Part shown: positions 53,977 to 64,000 of the stretch, piece by piece
Numbering within the stretch: the first letter of the stretch is position 1
Layout: each line of letters starts with the position of its first letter
Assembly: GCA_964016885.1 (NCBI GenBank)
Contig: OZ024741.1
Location: 70,742,001-70,806,000, forward strand
Direction: 5' to 3'
DNA from: Eledone cirrhosa
Taxonomy: Eukaryota
DNA: 64,000 nucleotides
Position numbers and translations under genes: made by a program
Notes under the pieces: model-generated
What the model saw: only the letters and a program-made list of their open reading frames with translations
What the model was told of the DNA's origin: nothing
The model's database searches: none

Positions 53977-55988
53977 TTACTCTTTTACTCTTTTACCTGT
54001 TTCAGCCATCCGGCTGAGGCCATGCTGGGGCACCGCCCGTGTTGCTACACATTTTATCTCCAGCCTGTATAGGTTGGCCACTGGTGTAAGAGGGAGTTTG
54101 TTGCTGCTGCCCTTAGGTTTCCCTCGTGTCTTGCTGTGGGCTCATACGGGATCCTGGATAACAAGGTGTCGAGGTGTTTCTTAAAGACATCCACCTCCAC
54201 GTCATGCAAGTCTCTCAGATCCCTCGGCAGCCTGTTGAAGATTTGAGGGCCCTTCAATCCTAGGCTATTGCAATACCTGCTCCTTATTCTAGATGTGGAA
54301 GACGGGACCTTTGGCACCACACAGTGACGTTCCTTTAGCCTCTCCCAGTAGCTTGTCTCTTTCATCTTGGCAATCCTCTTGGTGTAGCTTCGCTGGATTG
54401 CCTCAAGCTCCGTGGTTAGTTTGACACTATGGGGTGACCACAACTGGGAGCAGTAGTCCAGGCGGCTTAGGACAAAAGTCCTCCACAGTGTCAACATGGC
54501 GTCTTGATCTCTTGTCCGGAAAGTCCTCAAGATCCAGCCAGCGAGTCGTCTGCACGTTGTCGCCACCTTCATGATGTGTGAAGAAAAAGATGCATCATCG
54601 CTCATGTCTATGCCCAGGTCTCGTATCGATTTTGACACGGGGATATCAGTCCCTCCTGGTCCTGTGTAGCTGTGTTCCACTATATTTGTGTTTGCAGGTT
54701 TGTATTGTAGGGCTTGGAATTTGCCAGCATTAAACTGCATGTTCTTTTCTTCCGCCCATTTGTATATGGCATCCAGATCCTGCTGTAAAAGGGCAGCGTC
54801 AGCCGGGTTTTTGATTGCCTGTGCTACCTTAGTGTCATCAGCATAGCTAGTGAGGGATGTTGTTGGATGCACCACAGAGGGCATGTCCGAGAGAGCCACC
54901 AAAAACAGTAGTGGTCCCAGGACTGTCTCCTGGGGCACCCCACTTGTTATTGGTGTTTCCCTCGAGAGGGCTCCATTTGCTGCGACTGCCTGGCTTCTGT
55001 CCCTGAGGAAGCCATGCAGCCACTCACCTACTTTTCCAGTTATGCCGAGTCCGTGTAGTTTGTGACATATCATTCCGTGGTCGACCTTGTCAAAGGCCTT
55101 CGCAAAGTCAAGATATATCACGTCCACATGTGAGCTGTCTAGTAGTTGTCTCAGTACCCAGTCATAGTGATGTAGCAGCTGTGTAAGGCAGCTTCTTCCT
55201 GGGCGGAAGCCATGTTGCGTGCTAGTCAGGCGGTCATTTTCCTCGAGGAAAGTGATTAGTTTCTTTCTGACGACTCGCTCCATGACCTTACTGATATGCG
55301 ACGTCAGGGAGACTGGCCTATAGTTCTTGACCTCCGCTCTACTACCTCCTTTATGGATAGGGCATATTGTGCCTTCTTTCAGCTCCCTGGGTAGTACACC
55401 GTTAGCCAAGGAGCTTCTGAAGAGCATCTTCAGTGGAGTTGCTAAGGCCCGCTTACATATTTTTAAGAGAACTGCTGGGAATCCATCAGGTCCAGCAGTC
55501 GAGTCTGTTCTAATTTTATCAATGGCGTACACCACATCCTCCTCCGTTATGTCTATGTGGTTGATGGTTGCCATTTCTTGATGTAGTGTTGTGGCATCAA
55601 AGAACTCCTCTGGCTTCGTTATTTGCATGTGCCTCAGTGGACATGTGAACACACTTTTGTACTGTTCGTTCAGTATTTCACATATCTCTTGGGGGTTTTC
55701 GGTTAATGAACCGTCCGTATGGAAGAGTGGCCCAATCTTGCAGTGTACTGAGGCAGTTTCTTTTGCAAATTTAAAGAAGGCCTTAGGGTTTGTTTTAATG
55801 TTTTCTATGGCCCTGTTCTCTTTCTTTGCCCTCTCATTCTCATGGGAAAGTTTGAGTGCAATCTCGGTGTCAAGTAGTGCACGTTTCAAATGGGATTCCT
55901 TCTTGTTTTTGTTTTGTTGACTATTCAACTGGTTTGAGAGTTTAGTTCTACGTCTCATAAGGATTTTCCTATCTCTGGGAATAAGATT
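53977..55988 (-). mobile_element. 5'-truncated CR1-like LINE, copy 1
   Basis: [45 protein letters not shown]; (GTAAAAGA)n tail. Confidence 0.88.
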
Positions 55989-56076
55989 ATATATATGTAT
56001 ATATATATGTATATATATATATGTATATATATATATGTATATATATATATGTATATATATATATGTATATATATAC

Positions 56077-56109
<33 letters not shown>

Positions 56110-56178
56110 CATATATACATATATATATACATATATATATATATATACATATATATACATATATACATATATATATAC

Positions 56179-56227
<49 letters not shown>

Positions 56228-56250
56228 CATATATATATATACATATATAC

Positions 56251-56301
<51 letters not shown>

Positions 56302-56307
56302 CATATA

Positions 56308-57730
56308 AGTCCACTACTATTTATTATTGCCCTTCAGGCCATAACAGAGGAGTTCAAGACAGGCTGCCCATGGGAACTCCTATACGCAGACGACCTGACA
56401 CTCATAGCGGAATCAATGGCCGAGCTAGAGAAGAAATTCCAAACATGGAAGCACGGCCTAGAGTCAAAAGGACTTAAAATTAACCTGGCTAAGACCAAAG
56501 TACTAGTTTGTAGGAAAGAAAACAAGGCGGCGGTCCCTTCTGGGAAATGGTCGTGCTCGGTGTGTAGGAAAGGCGTAGGTAGAAACTCCATTTTATGTCC
56601 TAAATGCAAAGTATGGGTGCATAAAAGATGTAGTGGGATCACAGGTAGGCTAACTAAGAACATAGATTTTACATGTGGCCGGTGCTCTGGTGCAATAAGT
56701 AGCAGCAAGTGCCCACAAACTACTAGCTCTTTCAATTGCGCAGAGGGTTCTATAGAAATAGTGGACAGCTTCCGTTACCTGGGCGATAAAATCAGCAGTG
56801 GGGGAGGGTGCTCTGAAAGTACTGTAGCTAGAGTCAGAACTGGTTGGAAAAAGTTCAGAGAGCTTATACCACTATTAGCTGCTAAAGGGTTCTCACTAAA
56901 AATGAAAGGCAGGTTGTACGATGCCTGCATACGAACAGCAATGCTGCATGGCAGTGAGACCTGGGCATTGTGTGCAGAGGATATACGCAGACTAGAGAGG
57001 AACGAAGCTTGCATGCTCCGCTGGATGTGTAACAGTAATATACGTGAACGGCAAAGCATAAACGAACTAAGGAATAAATTAGAGATAAGAGGGATCAGAT
57101 GTTGTTTACTCGAGAGAAGGCTACGTTGGTATGGACACGTGATGCGCATGAAAGTCGATAGCTGTATAACAAAGTGCAGGGCAATAAAGATAGACGGTAG
57201 TCACGGAATAGGCAGACCTAGAAAAACCTGGGACGAGCTGATAAACTCCGACATCACACACTTACACCTCTCCAAGACAATGTCACTGGACCGAGACCTT
57301 TGGCGGTACTCAGTAACAGAGAAGACCCGCCTTACCTAAATATATAGTAAAACCTACTCCAGCCAGTAGGCATCTCTAACAAAATACACCCCGTCCCACC
57401 ACCCCCACCCGATCCACACCACCCCGTTCTATGTAAAGTTATGTTGGTGCCGCGCCATCGAGGCCGAAACAAATGAGATCGTGTAGGTGTCACGACAAAA
57501 AAACACACAGTCCACGCTGTAATGTGGCCGTGTAGGCAACACGGTAAAAACCTCCCAGACCCACACTGTAAATGTGGTTGGTGTTAGGAAGGGCATCCAA
57601 CTGTAGAAAACCTGCCAGACAGTCCTATGCGAGCAAGACAATCACTCTTGCCTCAAGTGGGACTACCCCCGTCCAAACCCATGCAAGCGTGGAACACGGA
57701 CGTTAAACGTTGATGATGATGATGATGATG
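56308..57730 (+). mobile_element. 5'-truncated RTE family A
   Basis: Open frame SPLLFII..KTRLT*, then 3'UTR and (GAT)n tail. Confidence 0.93.
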
Positions 57731-57731
57731 A

Positions 57732-57776
<45 letters not shown>

Positions 57777-57788
57777 ATATATATATTC

Positions 57789-57841
<53 letters not shown>

Positions 57842-57942
57842 CATATATACATATATATACATATATACATATATACATATATATATATACATATATACAT
57901 ATATATACATATATACATATATACATATATATACATATATAC

Positions 57943-57973
<31 letters not shown>

Positions 57974-57976
57974 CAC

Positions 57977-58009
<33 letters not shown>

Positions 58010-58106
58010 CACATATATATATATACACACATATATATATACACACATATATATATATACACATATATATATACATATATATATATATATACACATATAT
58101 ATATAC

Positions 58107-58195
<89 letters not shown>

Positions 58196-58267
58196 CATAT
58201 ATATATATACATATATATATATACATATATATATATAGATATATACATATATATACATATATATATA

Positions 58268-58505
58268 TCATCATCATCATCATCATCATCAGGTTTAGCG
58301 TCCGTGTTCCACGCTTGCATGGGTTTGGACGGGGGTTTTCCCACTTGAGGCAAGAGTGGTTGTCTTGCTCGCATAGGACTGTCTGGCGGGTTTTCTACAG
58401 TTGGATGCCCTTCCTAACACACCAACCACATTTACAGTGTGGGGCTGGGAGGTTTTTACCGTGTTGCCTACACGGCCACATTTACAGCGTGGACTGTGTG
58501 TTTTT
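58268..58505 (-). mobile_element. RTE family A 3'UTR-only insertion
   Basis: Matches 29287-29520. Confidence 0.9.
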
Positions 58506-58535
58506 ACATATATATATATATACATATATATATAC

Positions 58536-58582
<47 letters not shown>

Positions 58583-58641
58583 CATATATATATATACATA
58601 TATATATATACATATATATATATACATATATATATATATAC

Positions 58642-58704
<63 letters not shown>

Positions 58705-58755
58705 CATTAATATATATATATACATATATATATACATTAATATATATATACACAT

Positions 58756-58789
<34 letters not shown>

Positions 58790-58871
58790 ATATACACACA
58801 TATATATATATATATACACATATATATACACACATACACACATATATATATACATATACATATATATATAC

Positions 58872-58953
<82 letters not shown>

Positions 58954-59015
58954 ATATACATATATATATATATATACACATATATATACATATACACATA
59001 TATATACATATACAC

Positions 59016-59058
<43 letters not shown>

Positions 59059-59065
59059 TATATAG

Positions 59066-59097
<32 letters not shown>

Positions 59098-59106
59098 ATA
59101 TCACTG

Positions 59107-60829
59107 TTACTCTTTTACCTGTTTCAGCCATCCGGCTGAGCCCATGCTGGGGCACCGCCCTTGTTGCCACACACTTTATCTCCAGCCTATATAGGTTGGC
59201 CACTGGTGTAAGAGGGAGTTTGTTGCTGCTGCCCTTAGGTTTCCCTCGTGTCTTGCTGTGGGTTCATCTGGGATCCTGGATAACAAGGCGTCGAGATGTT
59301 TCTTAGACATCCACCTCCACGTCATGCAAGTCTCTCAGATGCCTCGGCAGCCTGTTGAAGAGTTGAGGGCCCTTGAATCCCAGGCTATTGCAATACCAGC
59401 TCCTTATTCTAGATGTGGGAGACGGGACTTTTGGCACCACACAGTGACGTTCTGTTCGGCGGTTGGTCCAGCTCCCAATGCCAAAGTTTGGTGCTAGTCC
59501 CTCCAGGATTTTCCACATGTAGATCACTGCGTATCTCTCCCGTCTTCGCTCCAAGGAGTAGAGGTTCAGTTCCTTTAGCCTGTCCCAGTAGCTTGTCTCC
59601 CTCATCTTGGCAATCCTCTTGGTGTAGCTTCGCTGGATTGCCTCAAGCTCCGTGGTTAGTTTGACACTATGGGGTGACCACAACTGGGAGCAGTAGTCCA
59701 GGCGGCTTAGGACAAACGTCCTCCACTGTGTCATAATGGTGTCTCGATCTCTTGTCCGGAAAGTCCTCAAGATCCAGCCAGCGAGTCGTCTGCACATTGT
59801 CGCCACTTTCATGATGTGTGAAGAAAAAGATGCATCATCGCTCATGTCTATGCCCAGGTCTCATATCGATTTTGACACGGGGATATCGGTCCCTCCTGGT
59901 CCTGTGTAGCTGTGTTCCACTATATTTGTGTTTGCAGGTTTGTATTGTAGGGCTTGGAATTTGCCAGCATTAAACTGCATGTTGTTTTCTTCCGCCCATC
60001 TGTATATGGCATCCAGATCCTGCTGTAAAAGGGCAGCGTCAGCCGGGTTTTTGATTGATTGTGCTACCTTAGTGTCATCAGCATAGCTAGTGAGGGATGT
60101 TGTTGGATGCACCACAGAGGGCATGTCCGAGAGAGCCACCAAAAACATTAGTGGTCCCAGGACTGTCCCTTGGGGCACCCCACTTGTTATTGTTGTTTCC
60201 CACGAGAGGGCCCCATTTGCTGCGACTGCCTGGCTTCTGTCCCTTAGGAAGCCATGCAGCCACTCACCTACTTTTCCAGTTATGCCGAGTCCGTGTAGTT
60301 TGTGACATATCATTCCGTGGTCGACCTTGTCAAAAGCCTTCGCAAAGTCAAGATATATCACGTCCACATGTGAGCTGTCTAGTAGTTGTCTCAGTACCCA
60401 GTCATAGTGATGTAGCAGCTGTGTAAGGCAGCTTCTTCCTGGGCGGAAGCCATGTTGCGTGCTAGTCAGGCGGTCATTTTCTTCGAGGAAAGTGATTAGT
60501 TTCTTTCTGACGACTCGCTCCATGACCTTACTGATATGCGACGTCAGGGAGACTGGCCTATAGTTCTTGGCCTCCGCTCTACTACCTCCTTTATGGATAG
60601 GGCATATTGTGCCTTCTTTCAGCTCCCTGGGTAGTACACCGCTAGCAAAGGAGTTTCTGAAGAGCATCTTCAGTGGAGTTGCTAAGGCCCGCTTACATAT
60701 TTTCAAGAGAACTGCTGGGAATCCATCAGGTCCAGCAGCCGAGTCTGTTCTAATTTCATCAATGGCGTACACCACATCCTCCTCCGTTATGTCTATGTGG
60801 TTGATGGTTGCCATTTCTTGATGTAGTGT

Positions 60830-60832
<3 letters not shown>
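59107..60832 (-). mobile_element. 5'-truncated CR1-like LINE, copy 2
   Basis: Near-identical to copy 1, retains YSLERRRERY; premature stops at 59861 and 59303. Confidence 0.88.
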
Positions 60833-60891
<59 letters not shown>

Positions 60892-61002
60892 TATATATAT
60901 ACATATATACACATATACGTATATATATACACATATATATATATATATATATATAAATATATATACATATATATATAAATATATATATACATATATATAT
61001 AA

Positions 61003-61055
<53 letters not shown>

Positions 61056-61109
61056 CATAGGAGGTGAGTTTTATTGTAGTACAATAAAGCAATGCAGATA
61101 TCGGATTAT

Positions 61110-61127
61110 ATACATATATATATATAC

Positions 61128-61179
<52 letters not shown>

Positions 61180-61195
61180 GTATACATATATATAC

Positions 61196-61248
<53 letters not shown>

Positions 61249-61269
61249 CATATATGTATATATATATAC

Positions 61270-61306
<37 letters not shown>

Positions 61307-61311
61307 CATAC

Positions 61312-61344
<33 letters not shown>

Positions 61345-61349
61345 CATAC

Positions 61350-61396
<47 letters not shown>

Positions 61397-61439
61397 TATA
61401 TACATATATATATATATATACATACATATATATATATAC

Positions 61440-61490
<51 letters not shown>

Positions 61491-61572
61491 CATATATGTG
61501 TATATATATATATATGTGTATATATATATGTATATATATATATACATATGTCTATATATATCAATATGTATG

Positions 61573-61628
<56 letters not shown>

Positions 61629-62264
61629 CATACATATTGATATATATAGACATATGTATATATATATATACATATATATATATATAATACACATATATAT
61701 ATATATATACACATATATATATATATATACACATATATATATACACATAAATATATATACATATATATATACACATATATATACACATATCTATATATAC
61801 ATATATATATACATATATATACATATATACAGATATATATATACTTATACATATATACGTATACATATATATATACATATACATATATATATACACATAT
61901 ACATATATATACACATATACATATATATACATATATATATATATACACACATATACACATATATATATACATATACATATATATATACATATACACATAC
62001 ATATACATATATACATATACATATATATATATACATATACATATATACATATACATATATATATATACATATACATATATACGTATACATATATATATAT
62101 ACATATACATATATACATACATATACATATATATATATACATATACATATATACATACATATACATATATATACATACATATACATATATACATACATAT
62201 ACATACATATACATATATATACATACATATACATATATACATACATATACATATATACATATAC

Positions 62265-62333
<69 letters not shown>

Positions 62334-62420
62334 CATATATATATATACATACATATATATATACATATATACATATATATATATATACATATATATATAT
62401 ACATATATATATATACATAC

Positions 62421-62458
<38 letters not shown>

Positions 62459-62595
62459 ATATATATGCATATATATATATGCATATATATATATTCATAT
62501 ATATATATACATATATATATATACATATATATATACATATATATATATACATATATATATACATATATATATATATACATATATATATATACAAT

Positions 62596-62647
<52 letters not shown>

Positions 62648-62816
62648 TATATGTATATATATATATGTATATATATATATGTATATATATATACATATAT
62701 ATTTATATATACATATATGTATATATATACATCTATATATACATATATATATATATATACATCTATATATATATACATATATATATACATATATATATAC
62801 ATATATACATATATAC

Positions 62817-62883
<67 letters not shown>

Positions 62884-63140
62884 CCTATATACATATACAT
62901 ATACATATACATATATATATATATATACATATATATATACATATACATATATATACATATACATATATATACATATATATATACATATACATATATATAT
63001 ATACATATACATATATATATACACATATATATATATATACATATACATATATATATACATATATATACACATATATATACATATACATACATATACATAT
63101 ATATAGATATACATATATATAGATATACATATACATATAC

Positions 63141-63177
<37 letters not shown>

Positions 63178-63194
63178 CATATATATACATATAC

Positions 63195-63226
<32 letters not shown>

Positions 63227-63314
63227 ATATACATATATGTATATATATATATACATATATATATACATATATGTATATATATATATATTTATATATACAT
63301 ATATATATACATAC
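61110..63314. repeat. ~2.2-kb imperfect (TA)n/(TACA)n tract, the longest of many in the window
   Basis: Direct inspection. Confidence 0.97.
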
Positions 63315-64000
63315 ATTATCCCGGCGGATAAGACTAAGAATCTATACTCTATGGATTACAGTGCTTATCGTGACTTTATTTATAAGGAGCTGCATCGAAA
63401 TTATAAAAAGACTACGCTAGATAATTTGAACCATATTAATAGTGAGGGTCTTAAAATAGTCTCGGACCTCGGCCTTGATAAATATACCCAGCCATATTAC
63501 CCTAGAGAACCGAGATTCACTCTTAAGGATCATAAGGTAGACTTCATTAGTAACCCCTCTGTTAGACTCATCTGTCCTTCTAAGTCCGATATAGCCATAA
63601 TCAGTAAAAAAATCCTTGACCTTATTATACCAGATGTTAGGGATAAAGTTAATTTTAACCTATGGGGGAACACTAAGGAAGTTATAGATTGGTTCTCTGG
63701 GATTAATAAACTTGAATCTAATAAGTTTATCCAGTTCGATATTGATGCCTACTACACATCGATTTCACCCATCCTCCTCAATAAAGCCTTAATGTTGGCC
63801 ATGAGAGTGACCAGCCTTACACGATCACAGGTAGATATTATACTAGCAGCCCGTAGAACTATTATTAATTTTCAGGACACATTTTGGACCCGTAAAAACA
63901 CGCCTAACAATTTCGACGTTACAATGGGTTCGAGTGATTCGGCCCAGGTAACTGATCTTGTTGGGTTGTTCCTCCTTAATGAACTATATGTTACCTTTCC
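63315..64000 (+). CDS. Penelope-like reverse transcriptase, 5'-truncated and running off the window end
   Basis: Manual translation shows no stop: [71 protein letters not shown]. Absent from the ORF track. Confidence 0.85.
   Translation, partial: MIPADKTKNLYSMDYSAYRDFIYKELHRNYKKTTLDNLNHINSEGLKIVSDLGLDKYTQPYYPREPRFTLKDHKVDFISNPSVRLICPSKSDIAIISKKILDLIIPDVRDKVNFNLWGNTKEVIDWFSGINKLESNKFIQFDIDAYYTSISPILLNKALMLAMRVTSLTRSQVDIILAARRTIINFQDTFWTRKNTPNNFDVTMGSSDSAQVTDLVGLFLLNELYVTF

Overview
Repeat-saturated eukaryotic DNA with no confident host gene. The long (TA)n/(TACA)n tracts and the SINE and LINE content look cephalopod/octopus-like, which is an inference. Layout: a decayed R4/Dong-type RLE retrotransposon inside (TAA)n (0.4-2.5 kb); from 2.9 to 23.6 kb, many short TA-flanked inserts built as head-to-head inverted repeats, several carrying type I hammerhead ribozyme folds (Penelope-like pLTRs); tRNA-derived SINEs; an internally deleted DD37D Tc1/mariner element; a piggyBac-type MITE; and multiple copies of an RTE LINE with a PHD-type finger inside its RT. 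One of these copies has an intact ORF (29642-32905, minus strand), and its 5' end runs directly into about 31.5 near-identical 506-511 bp tandem units (33145-49152). Further right are a LINE with no 3'UTR, two CR1-like LINEs, and a Penelope-like RT running off the window end that the ORF track misses. The best candidates for new biology are the 16-kb array attached to the 5' end of a young RTE and the diverse hammerhead-bearing inserts, including core-variant and branched forms. All RNA folds were paired by eye, not computed.
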